Numbered from the stretch's first letter, positions 27,856 to 37,876 are shown. The stretch is 64,000 nt of DNA from Lachnospiraceae bacterium UBA3282 (GCA_002361735.1 DETS01000011.1:18539-82538); one strand, 5' to 3'. Notes: generated by a model not told the origin, from the letters alone. Made by a program: numbers and translations.

Positions 27856-28527
27856 TTAAGCTTCCTCAGTCTTCTGTGCGTTTGAGACTGCCACCAGATC
27901 TTTCATCTTCTTTACATACTTCTTCATGGTGTCAACCTGCTCGTCGGTCAGGAAACTCTTTTGATAATCGTTCATGCTCTGGTACATCTCGTCTAACTTC
28001 TCCACGTTTTCCCTGTCCGTGAGAGACAGATCTTCGATCTTGGGAAGTTTGTTGTAGATGTTTAACCAGTCCGCTCCCATCTTGTAGGCTTCCAGATACG
28101 TGGGATCCGCCACCGTGTCCAGATCATCCATGGAATACAGATCGCCGTTTACGGAAAGGTATGCCTTATTGCCTTCGTAAACCACATAGTCTACATTACC
28201 CTGTACCGTGGTCTCTCTGCCCTGAGAATCTTTTACTTTCAGAAGCACCGTCTCGCCCACAAGGCTGGATGCCCGGAAAAGATCCATCGATGCGCTCATG
28301 TTCTGCATCTGCTCAAGCTCCGAGAAGGTTGCGTACTGCGAAATGTACTCGGTGTTTGACGTAGGCTCCAGGGGATCCTGATACTTCATCTGCGCCACCA
28401 GAAGCTGCAGGAAAGCATCCTTATCCAGAGTGTTGGAACCCTTTAACTTTTCCTTTTCCTTCGCCAGAGACGCCGCGGAATTGGATTCCACGAACTTACC
28501 GTTCTCTACTTTCTGTACTACTCCCAT
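27856..28527 (-). CDS. flgD: flagellar hook capping/assembly protein FlgD
   Basis: 223 aa. DKDAFLQLLVAQMKYQDPLEPTSNTEYISQYATFSELEQM is the FlgD signature. Confidence 0.93.
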   Translation of the reverse strand: MGVVQKVENGKFVESNSAASLAKEKEKLKGSNTLDKDAFLQLLVAQMKYQDPLEPTSNTEYISQYATFSELEQMQNMSASMDLFRASSLVGETVLLKVKDSQGRETTVQGNVDYVVYEGNKAYLSVNGDLYSMDDLDTVADPTYLEAYKMGADWLNIYNKLPKIEDLSLTDRENVEKLDEMYQSMNDYQKSFLTDEQVDTMKKYVKKMKDLVAVSNAQKTEEA

Positions 28528-28545
28528 ACTTTCACTCCTTTTTTG

Positions 28546-30096
28546 TTATGCCGTATAATCAACTGTGCTGCCGTTTGCCTGCATCATCTCCACCGCGATC
28601 CGCTCCGAATCCTCGAGCGTATCCAGCTCTTCTTCCTCGAGCTCATCCAGGTTGATCCTGCGTGTGCCGTTCTTCTTTGCACTCTCATTACCCTGATCCG
28701 CCGCATCCTGTCCGTCGCCGTACTGCTCGCCGTAAGAATGGTTCGCAACGGTGACCTCAACGGCTTCCACCTTGATGCCCTGCTCCTCAAACTGCTGTTT
28801 CAACTGGATCATCTGGGTTTCCAGAACCGCTTTTACGCTTTCATTCTGCGCTGCAAACTGAGCCGTGATGACGCCGTCCTTCGCCGCGATCTGTACATGA
28901 ACCGTGCCCAGGCTTGCGGGATGCAGCTGCATCTCCATCTCCTGTGTCTCAGGTTTTAAGTTAAACTTCATGTACTCCACGATCTGATCCATGATTTGAT
29001 TCGTCTCGGGCTGCGTGTATACCGGCTGCTCCGCCGGTGCCTCCACCTCTGCGGTCTGACCCGTAAGGTGCTGCAACAGGGCGCCTCCTGCGGACTGCTC
29101 TCCCGCATGGGAACCCTCCTGCCCGTGATGCTCCTCGCCCATGCCGCTCTTTTTCGCGACCGGCTCGGTCTCAGGCGCCGTCTGTGTCACCTGCTCGCTC
29201 ACGTGCTTCTCGCCGCTGGCATCGTCCACCGTCACTTTGATCTGTACCGTGCCGCCGTCCTTTGCCACGGATACCGCGTAATCCTTCATGCCTTCCACGC
29301 TCACCTCGGGTTCCTCACCCACGGGTGTCTGCACATCGGGCTGCAAGTCCTGTACGGGTTCCTCCTTCGCCTCGCTTAAATCCGCTACCAGCTTTTCCAG
29401 TTCCTCCGGTGTCAGCCCCAGTTCTTCCTGTAAGGCTCCCAGGGTCTCCTGCACCGATCCTAACAGCTGCTGCAGGTTGCCATAGAGGGTCTCATCCGTT
29501 ACCAGCGTCAGCTCATCCGTGCTCTCCGAAAGCTGCAATAACAGCTGTTTCAGATTCGCGATATCAAAGAGATCCACTGCCGTAAGTCCCAAGACTTCCA
29601 TGGCTTCCTCCACTTTTTCAAGCGGAATCTGCATCACGTCGACGATTTCGGCAACGAGCTCCTCTGCCGCCTTCTCCACAGTCTCCTGTGCGGCGGTGTC
29701 TGTTTCCTTGCCATCTTCTGTCCCGGTGATCGCTTCGCCCTTTTCTCCTTCGGCTGCCTTATCCTGCGTACCGTCCGCCGCAGTCTTTGCATCCTCGGGA
29801 TTCTTGGTCCCGGCGGTCTGCTCTGTGCCTTCCTGCTTCGCCGCATCCTTCGGCTGCGCGGTTTCCTGCGCCTTCTCTGCAGTCGGCTGTGTCTTTTCCG
29901 CAGTCACCTGCACCGCCTGTTTCGACGTCTGTGCCTGTGCTGCCGCCTGAGATTTCTGCATTCCCGCAAGCTGATCGCCCATCTTAGTCATAAGCTTGTC
30001 GAAACGTTCCTGCACGAGCTCATCCGTTTTGGCAGAAGTCTGGCTGCCCTGCACTGTGCCAAATGGCGACAGGGCTTTTACATTGTCTACCGTCAT
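28546..30096 (-). CDS. fliK: flagellar hook-length control protein FliK
   Basis: 516 aa. It has a low-complexity acidic and Thr/Ala-rich N-terminal half. The C-terminal Flg_hook domain reads EMQLHPASLGTVHVQIAAKDGVITAQFAAQNESVKAVLETQMIQLKQQFEEQGIKV. Confidence 0.88.
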   Translation of the reverse strand: MTVDNVKALSPFGTVQGSQTSAKTDELVQERFDKLMTKMGDQLAGMQKSQAAAQAQTSKQAVQVTAEKTQPTAEKAQETAQPKDAAKQEGTEQTAGTKNPEDAKTAADGTQDKAAEGEKGEAITGTEDGKETDTAAQETVEKAAEELVAEIVDVMQIPLEKVEEAMEVLGLTAVDLFDIANLKQLLLQLSESTDELTLVTDETLYGNLQQLLGSVQETLGALQEELGLTPEELEKLVADLSEAKEEPVQDLQPDVQTPVGEEPEVSVEGMKDYAVSVAKDGGTVQIKVTVDDASGEKHVSEQVTQTAPETEPVAKKSGMGEEHHGQEGSHAGEQSAGGALLQHLTGQTAEVEAPAEQPVYTQPETNQIMDQIVEYMKFNLKPETQEMEMQLHPASLGTVHVQIAAKDGVITAQFAAQNESVKAVLETQMIQLKQQFEEQGIKVEAVEVTVANHSYGEQYGDGQDAADQGNESAKKNGTRRINLDELEEEELDTLEDSERIAVEMMQANGSTVDYTA

Positions 30097-30199
30097 TCCT
30101 GCTCTTTCCTCCTTTCTGCAGTTTTCAAGGTACTGTAATGCTTTATATATAACGCGTGTTATTTTACGCGAAATATATCAAAGGTAACTCTCTTTGTTT

Positions 30200-30207
30200 A
30201 TATCGGC
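30200..30207 (-). promoter_or_regulatory. possible sigma-28 (SigD) -10 box GCCGATAT upstream of fliK
   Basis: The minus strand reads GCCGATAT, an 8/8 match to the Firmicutes sigma-D -10 consensus. It lies ~100 nt upstream of the fliK ATG in a 184-nt spacer. There is no good TAAA -35 at 15-16 nt (CTTTA is found instead). Confidence 0.3.
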
Positions 30208-30280
30208 ACATTTGCACCGCCCATAAAGCGTTTTTTCTCAAACTCCAAAAATTACACCCGTTATATCACGGTATTGCACG

Positions 30281-31165
30281 TTACAGATCCGGATCCATGA
30301 TCCTGGTCAATCTGGCTGCCGTCTCCGCATCCATCACACCGAGGATAGCTCCCCGTTCCTTCGTGCCCATCTGATTGAGGATCTTTGCCGCCAGATCCAG
30401 ATCGTCCGTCATCGCCTCGAAGATCTTCGCCGCCTGCACGGGCTCCATCTCCGCGTATGCCTGTGCGTAATTCTGAATCTGTTTATCCGTCTCTATCTGT
30501 TCGATCACCTGCTTATACAGGTACTCCGCCGTGGTGGGATCCATGGTCTCGTAATACTTCTGATACTCCTCCACACCCGGACCGTTCTCGGCGTAGACCA
30601 CTTCCTCGTAAAACTCTGTCTTGATCCGTTCAAACTCAATCTGCGCATCCTCGAAGGTCTGGAGCCTCTCGATCTCCGCCCGCAGTTCCGCCAGCTCCTC
30701 AGAGTCCACGGTGCTTGCCGCCTGCGCGTCCTCGAGCTGTAATTCCAATTCCTTGATATAATCCACTGCCTCCCGCAGGCTCGTGTAACCGCCATAGGAT
30801 TCCTCGTCATCCGTCGTCACCGTCGTATCGGAGGGCAGGATCTTGTTGACCACAGGCACATCCTTTAAGACGGGCGCAAGCACGCCGGAACCGAAACCGC
30901 CTACGTCCAACTTGATCAGCAGGCAGAGGATCGCTACCCAGATCGCGACAATAACAACTGTTACTAAAAAGACGGAAACGCCGCCGCCCTCGTCGTCATC
31001 AAGCTGTGCTTCCTGCTCGGCGATTTCCTTCGCGCGCTGCTTTGCTTCTTTCTTCTGCGCCTTTCTGTCGCTCTTGATCTTATTGCGTTCGTCCTTTAAT
31101 CTCTTTTTTTCCGCTTTTTTATCAATGGGCGGTTCCATCCCCATATTCATCGCTTCCGCTGCCAT
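30281..31165 (-). CDS. ylxF: YlxF/MotE-like protein with MgtE-N-type C-terminal domain
   Basis: It has a Lys-rich N-terminus, a TM helix (VSVFLVTVVIVAIWVAILCLLI) and the C-terminus QAAKIFEAMTDDLDLAAKILNQMGTKERGAILGVMDAETAARLTRIM. The start is uncertain, since in-frame ATGs lie at 31213, 31171, 31165 and further on. I chose 31165, which is 8 nt after AAGGA. The gene overlaps the fliJ 3' end. Confidence 0.75.
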   Translation of the reverse strand: MAAEAMNMGMEPPIDKKAEKKRLKDERNKIKSDRKAQKKEAKQRAKEIAEQEAQLDDDEGGGVSVFLVTVVIVAIWVAILCLLIKLDVGGFGSGVLAPVLKDVPVVNKILPSDTTVTTDDEESYGGYTSLREAVDYIKELELQLEDAQAASTVDSEELAELRAEIERLQTFEDAQIEFERIKTEFYEEVVYAENGPGVEEYQKYYETMDPTTAEYLYKQVIEQIETDKQIQNYAQAYAEMEPVQAAKIFEAMTDDLDLAAKILNQMGTKERGAILGVMDAETAARLTRIMDPDL

Positions 31166-31619
31166 CTTCATTTTCCTTTCCGCGCTGCCCGTAGGTGTAG
31201 CTCGTGAGCTCATCCACGACCTTGGCTTCTGCCTTCTTTTCTTCCTCTAAAAATTGAAGCAGTGCCTTTTCCTTTAACTTCTCGTGCATCTTGCGCTCCT
31301 GCATGATCTCTGTCAGCTTCTGTCTCGCAAGTTCCAATACCTCCGCCGCCCGCATCACTTCAAGCTGCTGCGCCGCGATCAGGTCGTCCATTACCATGAG
31401 GGCGTTGCGATTGTCCCGCAGATCGGTGACGCTTACCGATTTTTCCCGCAGCCGTCTGCCCTCCTCAAAATATGCTTCCTTTCTGTCGAACAGGATCTGC
31501 CGTTTTTCTTCCTCCTCCTGCAGGCGCATCTGCGCCCTGCCAACCTCCATCTTCGCCTGCGTCTCAAGCTGGTACTTGATATTCAGGATGCTCTGCATTC
31601 TGTACCGAAATTTCGCCAT
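31122..31619 (-). CDS. fliJ: flagellar export chaperone/stalk protein FliJ
   Basis: 165-aa coiled-coil protein. MAKFRYRMQSILNIKYQLE is the typical FliJ start. It is in the position after fliI. Confidence 0.85.
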   Translation of the reverse strand: MAKFRYRMQSILNIKYQLETQAKMEVGRAQMRLQEEEEKRQILFDRKEAYFEEGRRLREKSVSVTDLRDNRNALMVMDDLIAAQQLEVMRAAEVLELARQKLTEIMQERKMHEKLKEKALLQFLEEEKKAEAKVVDELTSYTYGQRGKENEDGSGSDEYGDGTAH

Positions 31620-31633
31620 GACCGGTCACCTGT

Positions 31634-32962
31634 TTACTCCTCGTCCGCTTCCGCGAAAAGTTCTCTTAACATGTCCACGGCATCCGAATAATCATATTTA
31701 GAGTCCACATCCTGCATCAAAAACTCGTTTACCGCTTCGATTTTCTCGATCGCGTAGTCAATGTTTTTGTTGCTGCCGCTCTTGTAAGCGCCGATATTGA
31801 TCAGATCTTCCGCCTCGTTATAGGTAGCGAGAACATTTTTCAGTTTTCCCGCCAGAGACTTATGCTCCTTATCCACGATCTGACTCATACATCTGGAGAT
31901 GCTCTGTAAGACATCGATTGCCGGATAGTGGTTTTGGTGCGCCAGTTTTCTGTTCAGCATGATGTGACCGTCCAGAATACTTCTGGCGGTATCCGTGATC
32001 GGCTCGTTCATATCGTCGCCGTCCACCAGCACCGTGTAAAGTCCGGTGATGGACCCCACCGCCGCACAGCCCGCCCTCTCCAAAAGGCGCGGCATCTCCG
32101 AATACACACTGGGGGGATAGCCTCTTGACACCGGCGGTTCCCCACTGGCTAAGCCAATCTCCCTTTGTGCCATGGAAAAACGGGTCAGAGAGTCCATCAT
32201 CAAAAGGACGTCCTTGCCCTGATCCCTGAAATACTCTGCGATCGCACAGGCAGTCTTTGCCGCCTTGTTTCTCTCGAGAGCCGATTTGTCCGAAGTGGCA
32301 ACCACCACCACAGAACGGCGCATACCTTCCTCGCCCAAGTCTCTCTCTACGAACTCGCGCACCTCACGCCCGCGCTCGCCGATGAGGGCGATGACATTGA
32401 TATCCGCCTTTGTATTTCTCGCAAACATACCCATCAGCGTAGATTTTCCCACGCCGGAACCTGCAAAAATACCGATACGCTGTCCCTTTCCCACGGTCAT
32501 CAGACCGTCGATGGCTTTTACGCCCAAGGGCAGCACTTCGTCAATGATCTTACGGCTCATGGCATCCGGCGGCTGCGCCTCCACACTGTAGGGCACGCCC
32601 GGCAGATACTCGCCGTCGATCCTGCCGAGACCGTCGAGCACCTTACCCAAAAGATCCTCGCTGACCGGCACCGTCAGGGGATTGCCCGTGTTTTCCACGA
32701 TACATCCCAGTCCGATTCCGTCCGTCTTATCACAGGGCATCAGGAGTGTTCTCTTGTCCTTGAAACCGACTACCTCCGCCGTGATCGGCGGAAAATCACT
32801 CCCGACCGGATAAATCACGCACAGATCGCCAAGCTTCGCTTCCGGACCCGCGGATTCTATGGTGAGTCCCACGACATTTTCCACCCTGCCCTTTTTCTTA
32901 AAAAAGGTGTCGTCCTTTATGCTGCTGTATTTATAGTAATTGATCGCCGGATTCATCCTCAA
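31634..32962 (-). CDS. fliI: flagellum-specific ATPase FliI
   Basis: 442 aa. Walker A is GIFAGSGVGKSTLMGM and Walker B is VLLMMDSLTR. Confidence 0.96.
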   Translation of the reverse strand: MRMNPAINYYKYSSIKDDTFFKKKGRVENVVGLTIESAGPEAKLGDLCVIYPVGSDFPPITAEVVGFKDKRTLLMPCDKTDGIGLGCIVENTGNPLTVPVSEDLLGKVLDGLGRIDGEYLPGVPYSVEAQPPDAMSRKIIDEVLPLGVKAIDGLMTVGKGQRIGIFAGSGVGKSTLMGMFARNTKADINVIALIGERGREVREFVERDLGEEGMRRSVVVVATSDKSALERNKAAKTACAIAEYFRDQGKDVLLMMDSLTRFSMAQREIGLASGEPPVSRGYPPSVYSEMPRLLERAGCAAVGSITGLYTVLVDGDDMNEPITDTARSILDGHIMLNRKLAHQNHYPAIDVLQSISRCMSQIVDKEHKSLAGKLKNVLATYNEAEDLINIGAYKSGSNKNIDYAIEKIEAVNEFLMQDVDSKYDYSDAVDMLRELFAEADEE

Positions 32963-32974
32963 CCCTTCTCGATA

Positions 32975-33856
32975 CTAAACTTTTTCATAAGATAACACTT
33001 GTAATTTCTTAGTCAGCTCCTCCAACTGCGTCCCTACGCCGCAGTCAAAGATCCCGCCGTCCGTCTCGATCAGACAATCTCCCTTAGAGAGGGCGATATC
33101 CTCAATGATCTCGATGATACCGCGGCCGGCAACAGCCCCCTCCATCAGGGTCTGCTTCTGCATATTGACATGAGGGTAATCGTCCGCCGACACATGCACA
33201 ATGAAGGTTCTGCTGCTCTCTACCTTTCGCAAAGTAGAATCGATCAGATGTACCAAAATGTCTCTGTTATCCATCAGATCCACGCCAAAGATATGGCTGT
33301 AGACATCCGTTATCGTCTCAATAAAGCGGGGTTCCAGATTTTCCAGCATCTCGTCGTACTCAGCTTCCAGCGCACGCCGCCTCTCAGCCAGCTCCTGCTT
33401 TAAGCCGTCCGCTTCCGCCATGCCTTGCCGGTAGCCTTCCTCGTACCCCTGCCTGTTCCCTTCTTCCACGGCGTCAGCCCGCATGGACATGCTCTGGCTG
33501 CGCGCCTCCTCAACGATCCGTCCCGCCTCGGCTTTCGCCTCCTCAATGATGGCTTGTGCCTGCTCCTCGATTTCCTCAAGACTCGGACCTGCAAGCTCCG
33601 CGGCTTTGATGACGCCGGATGCTCCCTCTCCGTCATCAAAGAGCGCGTCGATTTCTTCTCCGGCAATACCGCTCGTGAACTCCTCGTCGCCTTCGCCTTC
33701 CTCCTCGTCAAAGGATGGCAGGGCGGACGCATTGGCTCTGCGGAGATTCTCCCACTCCTCGATCCGCTCCGCAACGAGGGCATTGGAGTCGATCACGCAT
33801 TTCTCCTCGCCATCCACTCTGACCCAACCGGCTTTATATAATGTTCTTGGCTTCAT
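32975..33856 (-). CDS. fliH: flagellar assembly protein FliH
   Basis: I moved the start to ATG 33856 (MKPRTLYKAG...), 1 nt after the fliG stop. It has an acidic coiled-coil centre and a FliH/V-type ATPase-E-like C-terminus. Confidence 0.85.
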   Translation of the reverse strand: MKPRTLYKAGWVRVDGEEKCVIDSNALVAERIEEWENLRRANASALPSFDEEEGEGDEEFTSGIAGEEIDALFDDGEGASGVIKAAELAGPSLEEIEEQAQAIIEEAKAEAGRIVEEARSQSMSMRADAVEEGNRQGYEEGYRQGMAEADGLKQELAERRRALEAEYDEMLENLEPRFIETITDVYSHIFGVDLMDNRDILVHLIDSTLRKVESSRTFIVHVSADDYPHVNMQKQTLMEGAVAGRGIIEIIEDIALSKGDCLIETDGGIFDCGVGTQLEELTKKLQVLSYEKV

Positions 33857-33857
33857 C

Positions 33858-34877
33858 TTAAACAATGATCTCGTCGCCTCCGCCTCTGGAGATAACAATT
33901 TCTGCAGCGTCTTCCAGTTTTCTGATGATATTTACGATCTTCTGCTGTGCTTCCTCCACGTCCTTCATACGGACAGGACCCATAAACTCCATGTCCTCCT
34001 TGATCATGACCGCAAGACGCTTGGAGAGGTTATTGAAGATTGCATTCTGCACTTCTTCATTAGAGCCCTTGAGGGCAATCGCCAGATCGGAATTATCCAC
34101 ATCACGCAGCACACGCTGAATCGCACGGTCGTCCAAAAGCAGGATATCCTCGAAGACGAACATCTTCTTTCTGATCTCGTCCGCCAGTTCCGGCTCCTCG
34201 ATCTCCAATGTCTCCATGATATGCTTCTCTGTACCGCGGTCCACGGTATTTAAGATCTCTACGACAGCATCCACGCCGCCGATGATCGTGTAATCCTGGT
34301 TTACCAGGGATGACAGTTTGGATTCCAATACTTTCTCCACTTCCTTGATCACGTCCGGACTGGTTCTGTCCATGACGGCAATACGCTTGGTAACATCCGC
34401 CTGTCTGTCCGGCGGAAGCGCGGAAACGATGATAGCCGCCTGACCGGGCGCTAAGTAGGATAAAATAAGGGCAATGGTCTGCGGATGCTCGTCCTGAATA
34501 AAGTTTAAGAGCTGAGCCGCGTCCGCCTTTCTGACAAACTCGAACGGCTTTACCTGCAGGGACGCCGTCAGTTTGCCGATCACGTCCATCGCCTTCTCGG
34601 AACCAAAAGACTTTTCCAAAAGTTCTTTGGCGTAGTTGATGCCGCCCTCCGCGATATACTGCTGCGCCAGACATACCTGATAGAACTCATTTACCACGCT
34701 GTCTTTGAGCTGCGGTGTAATGCTTCTGGTATTGGCGATCTCCAGAGTCAGTTCCTCCACCTCGTCCTCTTTTAAGTGCTTAAAGATCGCTGCGGATTTC
34801 TCCGGTCCCAGAGCAATCATCAGGATAGCCGCTTTTTGAATGCCGCTTATCTTTTCATCGGTTGACTTGGCAGCCAT
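33858..34877 (-). CDS. fliG: flagellar motor switch protein FliG
   Basis: 339 aa. Readable motifs are KAAILMIALGPEKSAAIFKHL, the MFVFEDI motif, and the C-terminal charged torque helix. Confidence 0.96.
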   Translation of the reverse strand: MAAKSTDEKISGIQKAAILMIALGPEKSAAIFKHLKEDEVEELTLEIANTRSITPQLKDSVVNEFYQVCLAQQYIAEGGINYAKELLEKSFGSEKAMDVIGKLTASLQVKPFEFVRKADAAQLLNFIQDEHPQTIALILSYLAPGQAAIIVSALPPDRQADVTKRIAVMDRTSPDVIKEVEKVLESKLSSLVNQDYTIIGGVDAVVEILNTVDRGTEKHIMETLEIEEPELADEIRKKMFVFEDILLLDDRAIQRVLRDVDNSDLAIALKGSNEEVQNAIFNNLSKRLAVMIKEDMEFMGPVRMKDVEEAQQKIVNIIRKLEDAAEIVISRGGGDEIIV

Positions 34878-34882
34878 TTATC

Positions 34883-36487
34883 TTACCCCCAGTCCTCATT
34901 TAACCAGTTGCGCAGCAGATTCGCCGCCGCCTCCGGATTCTCTTCCACAAATTTATTGACAAGCCGTTTTTCTTCGGACTCGTTCTCGGAGGAGATTTCT
35001 TCTAACTGTACATTAGACTGCAAAAGCGTCTCCACGGACAGTTCTTCCTCTTCCTCCTCGTGCTTCTCGGTGCGCATACTCCTGAGTACCACAAAGGCTA
35101 AAAGCGCCAGGATCAGGATAATGAGCAGGATCTGTATGACATCCGTCGCCGTGATCGCGGAACCCTCCGCGTCAAAGAACAGATTTTCACTGTAGGCGAT
35201 CAATGTGATCTTGTTTTCCGCAATCCCCGTAGCGTTCGATACGACCGTCAGGAAAGACTCGTCCAGTTCGATCCTGGTACGCTCCGCATTGTTGAGCTTA
35301 TATTCCTCCCAGCTCACACCGTCCAAAAGCCCCTGCGCCTTTGCATCCTCCTCGCGGATCACGTTATAGCGAATCAGGGATGCCGCCAGAGAGGAAGCAC
35401 CGTAATTGATCACGCCGGAGGGCGTCTCCGTGGTGGTAATCTCCTCATTCGGCAGATAGTCCCTGCTCTCCTCGCTCTGCGTGGACTGGGACTTGTTATT
35501 ATCTTCCATCACATAAGTGGTATCGTCGTCATTAGAGTCCGTTCCCGGCACGCCGCCGATTCCGCTGACATTCTCGGAATTAAAGATATCCTCGTGGCTT
35601 AAGACACCCTGCGTCTGTCCTTCCGCCGGCGTATAGGTATGGGTCGTCTTTTTCTGGTTGGAGAAATCCAGCACCAGATTCGGAGAAACCTCTACATTAT
35701 CAAACTCATTCGTGCCAAGGATCACCCGGCGTACATTGTTGATCAAATTCTTTTCCGCTTCACCCTTAACGGAAAGCTGGGCGTTTGCCAGACCGGAAGC
35801 GGAATAATTCTCGTCTCCCGTAAACAGCATATTGCCCTCTGTATCCAGAATGACAATATTATTCGTCGTCTTATTTCCCAGCGCCGTGGCGATTGCACGC
35901 GCCAAATAGGCCGCGTTCTCCTGCGAGAACTCGTCCTTTAATTCCAGCTGCACCCATGCGGAAGCTTCCTCCTCCTTAGCGATCAGCGTCCCGTCATCCT
36001 TCGGGATGTTCAGTTTGACGCGCGCTCTCTTGATCGCCGTAAACATGGAGAGGAAGTCGTTTGACAGCTGTTCTTCCAAATATTTGACATGTTTTTTCTG
36101 TTTATCGGACTCGGTCGTCGAAAAACTTCCGTCCGTCACATTCTCAATGCCGTAACCCGCCGCCTGAATATTGTTGGCGCCCAACAGCAGATTCGCCCGT
36201 CCGATTTCCTCCGCTACAATGGAGACCGTCAGCCCGTCGTCCGTGATCTGGTAATGATAGCCGTCAGCTTCCAGAAGATCGCGCACTTCCGCTGCTTCCT
36301 TTGTCGTCTCGCACTCCCGAAGCAGCACATATTTAGGTCTCGTGAGCATCGTCACGATGACTACGATCGCTATAATGAGCAGCGCCACCACGCTCACGAT
36401 CAAAGTCTTCTGCTTCGCCGTAAAGCGGTTCCACCACTCCAGTATTCTATTTCCTAATTCCTTTAGTTTCTCAGCTATTCTTTCCAC
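34883..36487 (-). CDS. fliF: flagellar MS-ring protein FliF
   Basis: 534 aa. It has an N-terminal TM, a periplasmic ring-building region, a second TM (VIQILLIILILALLAFVVL) and an acidic C-terminal FliG-binding tail. Confidence 0.94.
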   Translation of the reverse strand: MERIAEKLKELGNRILEWWNRFTAKQKTLIVSVVALLIIAIVVIVTMLTRPKYVLLRECETTKEAAEVRDLLEADGYHYQITDDGLTVSIVAEEIGRANLLLGANNIQAAGYGIENVTDGSFSTTESDKQKKHVKYLEEQLSNDFLSMFTAIKRARVKLNIPKDDGTLIAKEEEASAWVQLELKDEFSQENAAYLARAIATALGNKTTNNIVILDTEGNMLFTGDENYSASGLANAQLSVKGEAEKNLINNVRRVILGTNEFDNVEVSPNLVLDFSNQKKTTHTYTPAEGQTQGVLSHEDIFNSENVSGIGGVPGTDSNDDDTTYVMEDNNKSQSTQSEESRDYLPNEEITTTETPSGVINYGASSLAASLIRYNVIREEDAKAQGLLDGVSWEEYKLNNAERTRIELDESFLTVVSNATGIAENKITLIAYSENLFFDAEGSAITATDVIQILLIILILALLAFVVLRSMRTEKHEEEEEELSVETLLQSNVQLEEISSENESEEKRLVNKFVEENPEAAANLLRNWLNEDWG

Positions 36488-36531
36488 AGTAACTCTCTCC
36501 CCTTCGGCATCCCGTACTTACAGGCAAAAAA

Positions 36532-36858
36532 CTAGACCTGCATCTGGATCAGCTCCTTATAAGCCTCCAGAAGCTTGTCCCTGATCGCCACCGTGTACTG
36601 TAGCGCCGTGGAAGCTTTCTGTAGAGCGATGGTAAGGTCGTGCGTATTCTCCGTCTCGCCCAGCGACCATTTGATCTCCTCATTCTCCGCATCCGACAGA
36701 TAGCTGTTCGTCGTGTGCAGATTGTCGATCGCCGTATGTAACATCGCATCAAAACCGTTCTCCCGGTAATCCTCGATCTTTGTGGTGGGCGCCGCCTTTG
36801 CCGCGTCCCGGATCACTCCCGAGGAGACGTTATATAATTCTGTGATATCCAAAGCCAT
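36532..36858 (-). CDS. fliE: flagellar hook-basal body protein FliE
   Basis: The C-terminus AIRDKLLEAYKELIQMQV is canonical FliE. I moved the start to ATG 36858, after GGAGGAAACAGAG. Confidence 0.88.
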   Translation of the reverse strand: MALDITELYNVSSGVIRDAAKAAPTTKIEDYRENGFDAMLHTAIDNLHTTNSYLSDAENEEIKWSLGETENTHDLTIALQKASTALQYTVAIRDKLLEAYKELIQMQV

Positions 36859-36901
36859 CTCTGTTTCCTCCATAATTCCGCGTTACAGAATAATCATCAC
36901 G

Positions 36902-37348
36902 TTAGCTATTCAGTATATTAAGCCCCATGGTCGCTATGTTCTTGCTCGCCGAAAACGCGGTGCCGTTCGCCTGATAGGCGCGGGAAGCGTCGATCAGGTT
37001 CGTAAACTCCGTGATGATGTTGACATTGGGATACATCACATAGCCGTTTTCATCCGCATCGGGGTGGGAAGGGTCGTAAACCATATTTCCCTCCGTCTCC
37101 GTGTCCTCGTAGACGCCCGTTACCTTTACGCCCGAGCCCGAATAGCGGTCCCGTTCTTTTCTGAGTACCTGATGAAAGGGCGTCTGGGAGTTTTTCTCCT
37201 CAAACACCACGATCTTTCTGCGGTAGGGCGTGCCGTCCTCTGTCCTCGTCGTATTCGCGTTTGCCACGTTCTGGGAGATCGTGTCCATACGGAAACGCTC
37301 CGCCGTCATGCCGCTCGCGTTAATATCAAATGCACTGAACATTGACAT
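36902..37348 (-). CDS. flgC: flagellar basal-body rod protein FlgC
   Basis: 148 aa. MSMFSAFDINASGMTAERFRMDTISQNVANANTTRT is the FlgC signature. Confidence 0.95.
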   Translation of the reverse strand: MSMFSAFDINASGMTAERFRMDTISQNVANANTTRTEDGTPYRRKIVVFEEKNSQTPFHQVLRKERDRYSGSGVKVTGVYEDTETEGNMVYDPSHPDADENGYVMYPNVNIITEFTNLIDASRAYQANGTAFSASKNIATMGLNILNS

Positions 37349-37387
37349 CTGTCTTTCCTCCTAAAATTGGAAATTCTTCTCATGTAG

Positions 37388-37786
37388 TTATTTCATGACT
37401 GTCTGTAAATTCTTAAATTCCTGCAGCGTGCTCTGGTAGAGTCCCTGATAAACCACCTGGTTTTTTGCCGAATAGACGCCTTCTGTGTCAGGATCCACAT
37501 TATTGCCGTCTATGCGGTAAGAATAGCCGGAGTAGTCCGTATAAGTAATGGGATTTAAGCGATTCATCTTCAGATCCCCGACCTTTGCATCCATGGACTT
37601 ATAGCGGGAATGCCGAAGCGCCTTGGCAAGCTGAACCTCAAAATTCACATCCTGCCTCTTATAGCCGGGTGTATCCGCATTCGCTATATTGTTGGAAATC
37701 GCCTCGTTTCTGAGCCAGGAAGCGTCCATCGCCTTATCCAGCACATTCACATAGTCAAAAACATTCGTATTCAACAGTGAGCTCAT
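37388..37786 (-). CDS. flgB: flagellar basal-body rod protein FlgB
   Basis: The motif NEAISNNIANADTPGYKRQDV is present. I moved the start to ATG 37786 (MSSLLNT), after GGAAGGAG. The track start at 37825 falls inside the predicted -10 box. Confidence 0.92.
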   Translation of the reverse strand: MSSLLNTNVFDYVNVLDKAMDASWLRNEAISNNIANADTPGYKRQDVNFEVQLAKALRHSRYKSMDAKVGDLKMNRLNPITYTDYSGYSYRIDGNNVDPDTEGVYSAKNQVVYQGLYQSTLQEFKNLQTVMK

Positions 37787-37823
37787 AGTCACACTCCTTC
37801 CACAATAATAGAGTCCATATTTC

Positions 37824-37851
37824 ATTATAAATAAAATACAAAAAATTACAA
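37824..37851 (-). promoter_or_regulatory. sigma-A-type promoter of the fla/che operon (TTGTAA -16 nt- TATAAT)
   Basis: On the minus strand the -35 TTGTAA is at 37851-37846 and the -10 TATAAT is at 37829-37824. It lies between the codY stop and the flgB RBS. Confidence 0.55.
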
Positions 37852-37876
37852 GTTTTTTCTCAACAAAACCAAAAAC

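Noticed and set aside
37787-37825. N-terminal extensions offered by the ORF track for flgB (37825), dprA (42230), fliH (33898), fliE (36873), cheW (8016) and the 105-aa gene (3338)
   Set aside because: In each case an internal start has a proper Shine-Dalgarno sequence and removes an overlap with the upstream gene or with a promoter or RBS element. The extensions have no family-typical sequence.
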